DNA of 64,000 bases from an uncultured Candidatus Saccharibacteria bacterium (GTDB lineage: Bacteria; Patescibacteriota; Minisyncoccia; UBA6257; 2-01-FULL-56-20), in contig CAYIOP010000003.1 in the NCBI GenBank assembly GCA_964365185.1, positions 40,828 through 104,827 on the forward strand. The letters are read 5' to 3'. Under the pieces are notes generated by a model. It worked only from the letters and a program-made list of their open reading frames with translations, made no database searches and was not told the origin of the DNA. A program made the position numbers and the translations under genes. Below are positions 9,442 to 17,614 of this stretch, in pieces. Positions within the stretch are counted from its first letter, which is position 1. Each line of letters opens with the position of its first letter.

Positions 9442-11478
9442 ATGAATTTAGTCATTGTTGAGTCCCCCACTAAAGCCAAAACCATCGGTCAGTTTTTAGG
9501 CAAAAATTACAAAATTGAATCTTCTTACGGACATGTTCGCGATCTTCCTAAAAGTAAACTCGGCATTGATATTGAAAATAACTTCGAACCTCAATATATC
9601 ATCCCTAAAAAAGCCCAGAAAAACGTTACCGCCTTAAGGAAACTCTCGGAAAAAGCCGATTCTGTAATTCTAGCTACTGATGAAGACAGAGAAGGCGAAG
9701 CTATTGCCTGGCACCTCATACAAGCTCTAAAACTTGATGGATCAAAAATCCGCCGCATTGTCTTTCATGAAATCACGAAAAGCGCCATCAAAAACGCCCT
9801 AGAAAATCCCAGAAATATTCTTGAGGATCTAGTTAATGCCCAACAAGGCCGCCGGATTTTAGATCGCTTAGTTGGCTATAAACTTTCTCCTTTTTTATGG
9901 AAAAAAGTTGTCCGTGGACTTTCGGCCGGTCGTGTCCAATCTGTGGCTCTTCGCTTAATTGTTGACCGAGAAGAAGAGATTAAAAATTTTAAAGCCGAAG
10001 AATACTGGACAATTATCGTTGACTTGGAAAAAGGCCACGAAAATTTTGAAGCCGCTCTCTCTAAAATTAATGGCGAATCAATACCTAAACTCGGCCTCAA
10101 AGCCGAACCGGAAGCTAAAAAAATCGCCGGCGATTTAGAAAAATCTGAATATCAAGTTCTATCCTCGGAAAAAGCCAGGAATCAAAAAAATCCTCTGCCC
10201 CCATTTATCACCAGCACTCTTCAACAAACCTCTTCTCGTTATTTGGGCTACTCAGCCAAAAAAACCATGTTTCTCTCTCAATCGCTTTATGAACAGGGTT
10301 TTATAACTTATATGCGCACCGACTCGGTTAATCTCTCAAAAGAAGCTCTGGATTTATCTCAGGACTGGATAAAAAATAATTTGGATTCTAAATATCACCG
10401 CGAACCAAGAATTTTTAAAAGCCAATCCAAGCTCGCCCAAGAAGCCCATGAAGCCATTCGTCCTACCTCGCCCGATTTTTCTCCCCAAAATTTTGGCGGC
10501 GAAGCTCATAAAAAACTCACTAAAGACGAATATAAAATTTATGATTTAATTTGGCGCCGATTTATGGCCTCCCAATTGCCAGAAGCTGTCTTTGACGCCA
10601 CTCGAGTCGAAATCGAAGCTAAAAATTCCGAAAATTCTATCGCCTATATTCTAAATTCTAATGGCAACATCCTTCATTTCGATGGCTTTCTAAAAATCTG
10701 GCCGGCTAAATTCGAGGACAAAGAAATTCCTAATCTTCAAAGAAATGATCAACTAAAACTAGTTGCCGTCAAACCCTCTCAACACTTCACTGAACCGCCT
10801 CCCCGGTACAACGAGGCCTCCTTGATTAAAACTCTTGAAAAATACGGCATTGGCCGTCCCTCAACTTATGCGCCCACCATCTCGGTTATCCAAGAAAGAA
10901 ACTATGTTGAAAAAATCGAAAGACGTTTTCATCCCACCCAAATCGGCGCTATGGTTAATAAAGTTTTAACCGAACACTTCCCTAAAATTGTCGACATCGA
11001 ATTTACTGCCAAAATGGAAGAAGAACTGGATCGAGTCGCCGAAGGCAAAAAAAAGTGGCAGGAAACTATCCAAGAATTCTATGAACCCTTCGCCAAAAAC
11101 TTGGAACAAAAATATGAAGAAGTGGAAAAACAAAGTCCGGCCAATGAAACCACTGATGAAAAATGTGAAAAGTGTGGCAAACCGATGTTAATTAAATTCG
11201 GTCGTTTTGGAAAATTTATGGCCTGTTCCGGTTTTCCGGAATGCAAAAGCACAAAAACTTTAGGAGAGGGACCTAAAAAAATTGGCTTAAAATGCCCAAA
11301 ATGTAAAGAAGGAGAAATTATCGAAAAAAGAGTTAACAAGGGTCGCGCCCGAGGAAAGATTTTTTGGGGCTGCAACCAATATCCGACTTGCGATTATGCC
11401 TCCTGGACTGATCCTCGTCTGGAAGAAAAAACTGATGCTAAAAACGAACCCTCCTCTGAAGAAAAACCTAACCCCTAA
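9442..11478 (+). CDS. topA: DNA topoisomerase I
   Basis: Toprim N-terminus MNLVIVESPTKAKTI, the Top1A catalytic region, and C-terminal zinc-ribbon repeats (CEKCGKPM..., CPKCKEG..., GCNQYPTC). Confidence 0.9.
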   Translation: MNLVIVESPTKAKTIGQFLGKNYKIESSYGHVRDLPKSKLGIDIENNFEPQYIIPKKAQKNVTALRKLSEKADSVILATDEDREGEAIAWHLIQALKLDGSKIRRIVFHEITKSAIKNALENPRNILEDLVNAQQGRRILDRLVGYKLSPFLWKKVVRGLSAGRVQSVALRLIVDREEEIKNFKAEEYWTIIVDLEKGHENFEAALSKINGESIPKLGLKAEPEAKKIAGDLEKSEYQVLSSEKARNQKNPLPPFITSTLQQTSSRYLGYSAKKTMFLSQSLYEQGFITYMRTDSVNLSKEALDLSQDWIKNNLDSKYHREPRIFKSQSKLAQEAHEAIRPTSPDFSPQNFGGEAHKKLTKDEYKIYDLIWRRFMASQLPEAVFDATRVEIEAKNSENSIAYILNSNGNILHFDGFLKIWPAKFEDKEIPNLQRNDQLKLVAVKPSQHFTEPPPRYNEASLIKTLEKYGIGRPSTYAPTISVIQERNYVEKIERRFHPTQIGAMVNKVLTEHFPKIVDIEFTAKMEEELDRVAEGKKKWQETIQEFYEPFAKNLEQKYEEVEKQSPANETTDEKCEKCGKPMLIKFGRFGKFMACSGFPECKSTKTLGEGPKKIGLKCPKCKEGEIIEKRVNKGRARGKIFWGCNQYPTCDYASWTDPRLEEKTDAKNEPSSEEKPNP

Positions 11479-11547
11479 CAACCTTCTATCTTGATTTTGA
11501 TTTTGATACTTGACACTTGATACTTGAAACCCGAAACTATTTGAGTA

Positions 11548-12996
11548 ATGACCGTAGAAGAAATCGCTACCAAAAACCCTAAGGGCCTGATTGGACAAGC
11601 CTTTGAATTTGCCCTAAAAACCCTTAAAGAACAGAAACGCGAAAACGGCGAACCTTATTTCGAACACTGTCGCCTGACAGCTGAATTTTTAAATGAGTGG
11701 CACCTCGACGAAGCCACTGTTGCTGCCGGTCTTCTTCATGACATCTGCGCCCGAACCAACACTACTCTTAAAGAAATTGAATCGCGATTCGGAAAAGAAG
11801 TGGCTTTTTTAGTTGAGGGTATGACTAAATTATCCTTAGTTAAGTACAAAAATACCGCCACCAAAATTGAAAATCTGCAAAAAATGATCTTGGCTTTAAG
11901 CGGCGACATCAGAATCATCCTCATTAAATTAGCCAATCGGTTGCATAATCTAAAAACTATCGAAGGCGTTCCCGAAAGTAGGAAAGAAAAATTAGCGCAG
12001 GAATCAAACGACATCTACGCTCCTCTCGCCAATTTAATCGGCATGCAAAACTTAGCTAGCGAGATGCACGAACTTTGTTTCCCTATTCTCTATCCTAAGG
12101 AATATGAATGGCTTATTAAAAACGTAAAAGACGAGTATTCCGATCGGAATGAATACCTAGTTCATTTCAAACCCTTACTAGAAAAAAACCTGGGAGAACA
12201 TAATCTAAAACCGGTCTTTATAGATTTCCGCGCTAAACGCTATTCCAGTTTATATTTTAAGCTCTTAAAATATGACATGGATCTCTCAAAAATCTACGAC
12301 TTAGTTACCACTTGGGTAGTTATGAAGGACGTTAAAGAGTGTTACGAGGCCTTAGGTATTATCCATCAAATCTGGCCGCCTTTGCCTGGTCGCATCAAAG
12401 ATTATATCGCCTCTCCTAAACTAAACGGCTATCGCTCACTTCACACCACCATCATCGGTCCGGAAAATAAATACATCGAAATCCAAATCCATACTCCCCG
12501 GATGCACGAAGAAAATAAAAATGGGCTTGCTGCTCACTGGCTCTATAAACAAAACTTAGAAAAAAAAGAAGTGCCAAAATCCTTAAGATCCCGGTTCAAA
12601 GAAGTACCCTTAATTCGCCACCTCAGACGCTGGCAAAACAAAACCGTCAATTTGGCTTCGAGCTATCAAGAATTTGCCGAAATGACTAAGATTGATTTTT
12701 TTGAAGATAAAATTTTCGTCATTACTCCCAAAGGCGACGTCATTGATCTTCCCAAAGATTCAACCGCTATTGATTTCGCTTATAAAATTCACTCCGATAT
12801 TGGCCAGAGCGCTGTAAGAGCCGAAATCAATAACTCCCTTAAACCTTTAAAAACCAAACTTACATCCGGCGATGTCATTAAAATCATCACCCAAAAAAAC
12901 AAAAAAGCCGATCCCGAATGGCTCAAATTCGCTAAAACCATTCATGCTCGAAATCACATTCGCGAAACCCTCAAATCTAAAATTCTTCCGTTTTAA
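11548..12996 (+). CDS. RelA/SpoT-family (p)ppGpp synthetase/hydrolase homolog, short form
   Basis: HD region (LLHDICART...), RelA_SpoT synthetase motif (YRSLHTTIIGPENKYIEIQIHTPRMHEENKNGLAAHWLYK) and a TGS domain. There is no ACT domain, and the HD motif lacks the usual VVEDT. Confidence 0.7.
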   Translation: MTVEEIATKNPKGLIGQAFEFALKTLKEQKRENGEPYFEHCRLTAEFLNEWHLDEATVAAGLLHDICARTNTTLKEIESRFGKEVAFLVEGMTKLSLVKYKNTATKIENLQKMILALSGDIRIILIKLANRLHNLKTIEGVPESRKEKLAQESNDIYAPLANLIGMQNLASEMHELCFPILYPKEYEWLIKNVKDEYSDRNEYLVHFKPLLEKNLGEHNLKPVFIDFRAKRYSSLYFKLLKYDMDLSKIYDLVTTWVVMKDVKECYEALGIIHQIWPPLPGRIKDYIASPKLNGYRSLHTTIIGPENKYIEIQIHTPRMHEENKNGLAAHWLYKQNLEKKEVPKSLRSRFKEVPLIRHLRRWQNKTVNLASSYQEFAEMTKIDFFEDKIFVITPKGDVIDLPKDSTAIDFAYKIHSDIGQSAVRAEINNSLKPLKTKLTSGDVIKIITQKNKKADPEWLKFAKTIHARNHIRETLKSKILPF

Positions 12997-13059
12997 TCAA
13001 ACCTTAATAAAACTACTCGAAAATCCATTAATCTTATATTTATAATTTTAACATTTTCC

Positions 13060-14082
13060 TTAACTGCCAATCTTATCAAGAATACTTTTCAACTCTTCAT
13101 CGGAAAAAAAACTAATGGTAATTTTCCCTTTGACGCCACGCTGTTCAATTTTAACCGGCGCTCCCAGCTTGGACGTCAAACCGGCTTCAGCCATTTTTAT
13201 CTCTGCCGCTAAATGACTCCCTCCGGCTGAATCTCGCCGGCCGAATTCAACTTTGGCCTTAAGCTCTCGAGTCGTCATTTTACTGTCTAAGATATCATCA
13301 AATAACCTTTTCTGGGCCGCCGGATCAATCATTGAAAGCAATAATCGTCCGTGGGTCTCGGAAATTTGATTCTTGGAAAGCGCCTCCTGAATATAAACCG
13401 GCAAATCTAAAAGGCGAACCGTATTGGCTATCGCTTCTCTACTTTTTCCGAGCCGAGTGGCTATTTCCCTCTGAGTTAAATTAAATTCATCTTGCAACCG
13501 AGAAAAAGCCCGAGCAGTTTCAATTGGATTTAAATTCTCTCGCTGCAAGTTCTCAATAATCGCCATCTCTAGCCGCTCACGCTCAAAATCCAACCGCTTC
13601 ACAATCACCGGCACCCTTTCAAGTCCTAATAATTTTGCCGCGAGTAGTCGCCGCTCTCCAGCCACCAAAATATATTCCACCTCTGTTCCGACTGACGTCT
13701 CCTTCTCTACTTTGGTTACAACGAGCGGCTGTAAAATTCCCACTTCCCTAATCGAAGATGCTAAATCTCTAAGCGATTCCTCATCAAAATCTTTCCTTGG
13801 TTGATGAGGATTAGGTTTAATTTTATCAACTTCAATCTGAAAAATTGCTTGCCCGCCTAAATTTTTATCTATAAAATTTGGACTGGCCTGCCCCGAGCTT
13901 ATCGAATGATTCTCCTTATCTCCCAAAGATAAATCACTCTCTTGGCTTAAAATCGAAGCTGTATAATTTGAATTTGCCGCGGATTCTGCTTTATCCTCAT
14001 CTTGATTTGCTACCGTGTTATTATCTCCATCCTTTTTTTTTATCGGCGGTATTAATGATTCCAATCCCTTACCTAAAGTCAT
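13060..14082 (-). CDS. parB: chromosome partitioning protein ParB/Spo0J
   Basis: ParB box (GILQPLVV...LVAGERRLLAAKLLG), an HTH region, and a long low-complexity N-terminal extension. Confidence 0.85.
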   Translation of the reverse strand: MTLGKGLESLIPPIKKKDGDNNTVANQDEDKAESAANSNYTASILSQESDLSLGDKENHSISSGQASPNFIDKNLGGQAIFQIEVDKIKPNPHQPRKDFDEESLRDLASSIREVGILQPLVVTKVEKETSVGTEVEYILVAGERRLLAAKLLGLERVPVIVKRLDFERERLEMAIIENLQRENLNPIETARAFSRLQDEFNLTQREIATRLGKSREAIANTVRLLDLPVYIQEALSKNQISETHGRLLLSMIDPAAQKRLFDDILDSKMTTRELKAKVEFGRRDSAGGSHLAAEIKMAEAGLTSKLGAPVKIEQRGVKGKITISFFSDEELKSILDKIGS

Positions 14083-14127
14083 AACAATAGTTTAAAATTT
14101 ATTTTCTACATTTTTATTCGCAGCATT

Positions 14128-14157
14128 TCCTCCAAAGGAGGATCCTCCTTTGGAGGA
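14128..14157. repeat. perfect 30-bp palindrome TCCTCCAAAGGAGGA|TCCTCCTTTGGAGGA between parA and parB
   Basis: Exact inverted symmetry centred on GGATCC, and each half can itself form a hairpin. It belongs to the same GGAGG/CCTCC-rich family as the elements at 51711-51772 and 55500-55561. Confidence 0.7.
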
Positions 14158-14183
14158 CGCACTAATTTGTAGATTGGAATTAT

Positions 14184-15005
14184 TTATGTAACATTGAAAT
14201 TCCCAAAATCAGGGCTGGAACCAACTTGAACCCCGGTTAATGTTTTTTCTTGAGCAGTAATCTCCTCGGCCAAATTTTTATAAGCTAAAGCACCGATCGA
14301 ATCAGGCCGATAAAGCATGACTGGTTTTGAAAAACTAGGGGCCTCTGCCAAAGCCACGCTCCTTGGAATCTCGGTCTTAAAAACTAAATAAGGAAAATTG
14401 GTTCTTAGGTCCCTTGCCACTTCACGACTCAAACGTTCATTGCGATTATACATAGTAATTAAAGCTCCTGTAATTTTAATTTTATGATCCAAATTACCTT
14501 TAATTAAATCAATAGTTTGAAGAAGCTGCCCTAAGCCCTCTAAACTGTAATATTCAGCCTGAACCGGAATCAAAACCTCGCTCGAGGCCATCAAGCCATT
14601 CACCGTAAGCAAACTAAGCGACGGCGGCAAATCAATCAAAATATAATCGTAGCTATGCCGAACTCGATTTATAAATTTTCTCAAAAAATATTCTCGCTCC
14701 GGCAAATTTACCAATTCAATGAGCGCTCCGGCTAAATGCGGCGCGGCTGGCACTAAATGAAAATTAAAAAGCGCTGTCGGACGCAAAATATAATCATGCG
14801 GCGCGGCATTAATAATGCCGTGATAAACACTAAGTTCAGTTTTTAAAGGATCGTATCCCAAAGCCGAACTGGCATTAGCTTGAGGGTCAAAATCAACCAA
14901 AAGCACTCTTCTATTTAATGCGGCTAAATAACTTCCTAAATTTACGGCTGTGGTAGTTTTTCCAACCCCGCCTTTTTGATTACAAATTGAAATCACCCTG
15001 GCCAT
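14184..15005 (-). CDS. parA: chromosome partitioning ATPase ParA/Soj
   Basis: Deviant Walker A motif KGGVGKTTTAVNLG at the N-terminus. Confidence 0.9.
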   Translation of the reverse strand: MARVISICNQKGGVGKTTTAVNLGSYLAALNRRVLLVDFDPQANASSALGYDPLKTELSVYHGIINAAPHDYILRPTALFNFHLVPAAPHLAGALIELVNLPEREYFLRKFINRVRHSYDYILIDLPPSLSLLTVNGLMASSEVLIPVQAEYYSLEGLGQLLQTIDLIKGNLDHKIKITGALITMYNRNERLSREVARDLRTNFPYLVFKTEIPRSVALAEAPSFSKPVMLYRPDSIGALAYKNLAEEITAQEKTLTGVQVGSSPDFGNFNVT

Positions 15006-15106
15006 TTCGCTTTACTCTACCTTATTTTTGAATTATTATCAATCATAAATTAGGGGCGAGTGGCGGCCCGTCAACCAACGGGAGCAGATTTACCCGTACT
15101 AATTTT

Positions 15107-15188
15107 GCCGCTGTGGCGGAACTGGTAGACGCGCACGACTCAAAATCGTGTGAGGAAACTCGTGTCGGTTCGACTCCGACCAGCGGCA
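15107..15188 (+). tRNA. tRNA-Leu (anticodon CAA)
   Basis: Class II tRNA: acceptor GCCGCTG/CAGCGGC, anticodon arm CACGA-CTCAAAA-TCGTG, long variable arm, T-arm GTCGG-TTCGACT-CCGAC. Confidence 0.8.
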
Positions 15189-15289
15189 CTCTTTAAATGG
15201 AGACTCCCTGCCCCGTTAAATTACGAAGTAATTTTTTCGGGGTCTCCTCGCCCACAAACAAAATTAGCCCGACTAAAAATCGAGCTAAT

Positions 15290-15430
15290 TTTGTTTTATG
15301 ATGCTAAAGAATCGAACTGGAGTGGGGTCGGGAGAACATCTGGTCTCCCGTGTTGGAATGAGCGGAGTGGATTCAAAACCGAGGGTTTTGAACGAATCCC
15401 GCAATGCGAGGCGACGTGAGATTCCCGCCC
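15290..15430 (+). ncRNA. candidate structured small RNA ('element A') co-transcribed with tRNA-Leu; family unknown
   Basis: GC-rich and hairpin-dense in an AT-rich genome: a terminal helix GGGGTCGGG/CCCGCCCC, internal hairpins CGGGAGA..TCTCCCG and GGATTCAAAACC..GGTTTTGAACGAATCC, and a 3' block GACGTGAGATTC. It is homologous to the element at 57163-57268 and is followed by a hairpin/T-run at 15451-15486. Confidence 0.3.
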
Positions 15431-15450
15431 CGGCCAACCATATATATATT

Positions 15451-15486
15451 AAAAAACTCGCTATTTTCTAAACAACGAGTTTTTAA
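15451..15486. terminator. hairpin with flanking A/T runs (bidirectional terminator-like)
   Basis: AAAAACTCG-ctattttctaaacaa-CGAGTTTTT lies at the end of the tRNA-Leu/element A unit and abuts the stop of the minus-strand ORF at 15483. Confidence 0.35.
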
Positions 15487-15731
15487 TTTCCTCTCTTGGT
15501 TTCAAAAAAATCTTCCATCTCTTCTGTAAAAGAAGAATCGCTGATTTTCTCTTTCTGAGGGCTAAACTCTGCTTCAAAACTGAAAATTCCAAAAAAACAA
15601 CTTACTGAAACTTTGTCTATCTCAGAAGCCGAAATATCACGCAGCACTCTCTCTACTAAACCGATAAAATGCCGGTTAACCACAAAAACCGCCATCCCTA
15701 AAACCAAGAAAAAAGCTATTATATAAAGCAC
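15483..15731 (-). CDS. hypothetical small membrane protein
   Basis: 82-aa ORF with an N-terminal transmembrane helix and an acidic tail. Confidence 0.35.
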   Translation of the reverse strand: MLYIIAFFLVLGMAVFVVNRHFIGLVERVLRDISASEIDKVSVSCFFGIFSFEAEFSPQKEKISDSSFTEEMEDFFETKRGN

Positions 15732-15822
15732 TATTCACCTCACTAATTACTATCAAAAGACCAAACTAAAAATACTCTAAATCACCGCTAAGTCAACCCC
15801 TGAACTAATAATTAGTAAGGGG

Positions 15823-16374
15823 TCAACCTAAGTTTTTTTGGTCACCAACTTTTAAATCAAAATACGGCTTAATAATTTCTCGAACAGCTAAAGCGCTTAA
15901 AATTCCTAAAATCGCGCCGAAAACAATATCTATCGGCCAGTGGACGCCCACAAAAATACGAGCTAATCCATTCACCAAAGCCAATCCCAAATACCAAACA
16001 AAATATTTCTTGTTTAAATAAAAAATCACCATCGCTAAAGAAAACAAAATCACGGCGTGGCTCGAAGGAAAAGAAAATCCCGAGACCCGAATTAACGATT
16101 CTACGCCTAAAATTTGAAACGGCCGCTCTTGGGGGAATAAAAAATTTATAAATCCCACAATTATTCCACGGCCTAAAATCCAAGCCAAAAAAATATAAAC
16201 AAGAAAAAAAATCCGTTTTTTCCAGACCGGTTGTGAAAAAATCAAAAACAAAGTTGATATAAAAATAAAATAAGGCAAATATTCAGCTAAAAAAATTCCG
16301 AGGCGATCAAGCCAAATATTCCTATGCGCCAACCAAAAAATCAAATTAAAAACCTCTGTATTTAAATTTTGCAT
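15823..16374 (-). CDS. PAP2-family phosphatase (phosphatidic-acid/undecaprenyl-diphosphate phosphatase-like)
   Basis: PAP2 motifs: ...ERPF..., FPSSHA, and ARIFVGVHWPIDIV (SR..HxxxD); polytopic membrane protein. Confidence 0.7.
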   Translation of the reverse strand: MQNLNTEVFNLIFWLAHRNIWLDRLGIFLAEYLPYFIFISTLFLIFSQPVWKKRIFFLVYIFLAWILGRGIIVGFINFLFPQERPFQILGVESLIRVSGFSFPSSHAVILFSLAMVIFYLNKKYFVWYLGLALVNGLARIFVGVHWPIDIVFGAILGILSALAVREIIKPYFDLKVGDQKNLG

Positions 16375-16404
16375 CTAATCTCTAAACCCCGATTAACCAA
16401 CTCC

Positions 16405-16605
16405 CTACCTATTCACGAACGGCAAAAGCCCCATATAACGAGCTCGCTTAATAGCTTGAGCTAATTTTCTTTCGTGCTTGGCGCAAACATTAGTATGTTT
16501 AGGATCGATAATCTTGGCCTGACCTGAAACAAAACGCCGAAGTAAATCCACTTCTTTATAATCAATCTGTCTTAAATTTTGAGAACAAAAAAAACATTGT
16601 TGCAT
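16405..16605 (-). CDS. rpsR: 30S ribosomal protein S18
   Basis: IDYKEVDLLRRFVSGQAKIIDPKHTNVCAKHERKLAQAIKRARYMGLLPF matches the S18 signature (IDYKD...KQQRxLAxAIKRARxLxLLPY). Confidence 0.8.
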   Translation of the reverse strand: MQQCFFCSQNLRQIDYKEVDLLRRFVSGQAKIIDPKHTNVCAKHERKLAQAIKRARYMGLLPFVNR

Positions 16606-16705
16606 GTTAAATAGGTTATAAGTGTTAAGTGTTAGAAATATATGTTAAAAGTAAATTAAAATCAAATCCCTAAAACCTATCACCTAAAAATCAAAACCTT
16701 ATTTT

Positions 16706-17275
16706 TTAAACTTTCTTAACCTGCAGCGAATCAAGTTCAACCGCGGTATCTCGACCAAAAATAGGAACCATCACTTTTACATGTCCCCGCTCTTCATCAA
16801 CTTCAGCTATCTTACCGTCATAATCCTTAAAAGGTCCGTCAATAATTTTAACCAAATCGCCGACTATCAAATCAACCTTAAACTTACTGATGTCACTGCC
16901 CATCCTGGATAAAAGCAATTCCACTTCTTCCCCTGAAAGAGGAGTTGGTTTAGTGTTATCCGCCCCCACAAACCCCGTCACTCTTGGCGTATTTCTAACC
17001 ACATACCACGAATCCCCGGTTAAAATCATCTCGATTAATACGTAGCCAGGATAAATTTTCTCTTCAATAGTTTGTCTTTTGCCGCTTTTAACTTTAACTT
17101 TTTTTTCTTTCGGCACAATCACTTTAAAAATCTTATCCTCCATTCCCAACATTTCAATTCGCTGTTTTAAATACCGGGCAACCGCTTCTTCATAACCAGA
17201 ATAAGTATGCACGGCATACCACTGCCTTGTCTCAATTTTATCTTTTAATACTATTGTTTTATCTATTTGATTCAT
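16706..17275 (-). CDS. nusG: transcription termination/antitermination factor NusG
   Basis: NGN domain (WYAVHTYSGYEEAV) plus a C-terminal KOW domain; lies in the conserved secE-nusG arrangement. Confidence 0.85.
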   Translation of the reverse strand: MNQIDKTIVLKDKIETRQWYAVHTYSGYEEAVARYLKQRIEMLGMEDKIFKVIVPKEKKVKVKSGKRQTIEEKIYPGYVLIEMILTGDSWYVVRNTPRVTGFVGADNTKPTPLSGEEVELLLSRMGSDISKFKVDLIVGDLVKIIDGPFKDYDGKIAEVDEERGHVKVMVPIFGRDTAVELDSLQVKKV

Positions 17276-17288
17276 AAAAATTTTAATT

Positions 17289-17477
17289 CTAGTTAATAAT
17301 AAAACTCTCCAAAATTAATCTAAAAATACTGTCAAAAATACCTAAAAATATCATTATCCCAAAAGAAATACCGATCACTATCAAGGTTAGTCGAAAGGCC
17401 TCCTTTCTAGTCGGCCAATTAACATGTTTGAATTCTTGACGAGCTTCTTCAAAAAATATTTTAATTCTATTAAACAT
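17289..17477 (-). CDS. secE: preprotein translocase subunit SecE
   Basis: 62 aa with a single C-terminal transmembrane helix, directly upstream of nusG. Confidence 0.7.
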   Translation of the reverse strand: MFNRIKIFFEEARQEFKHVNWPTRKEAFRLTLIVIGISFGIMIFLGIFDSIFRLILESFIIN

Positions 17478-17614
17478 TAATCGATTGCTTTTTAATTTTT
17501 TACTCTTGTTATAAACCCGCCCAATTTGAAGTTTAATCTACATCAAAGTCGAGCAAGATTGATTTTAATTTATATAAAAACTCTCGATGAAATCGGAGTA
17601 TATTAGTATTCCGC

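Noticed and set aside
15150-15419. 89-aa plus-strand ORF in the six-frame track
   Set aside because: It runs through tRNA-Leu(CAA) and the hairpin-dense element A. It has no SD, and its composition reflects GC-rich structured RNA, not coding sequence.
15189-15430. tmRNA (ssrA) hypothesis for element A
   Set aside because: There is no recognisable tag-peptide reading frame ending in a stop, no 5'/3' acceptor pairing ending in a discriminator plus CCA, and no canonical T-loop. RNase P RNA, SRP RNA and 6S RNA also do not match.
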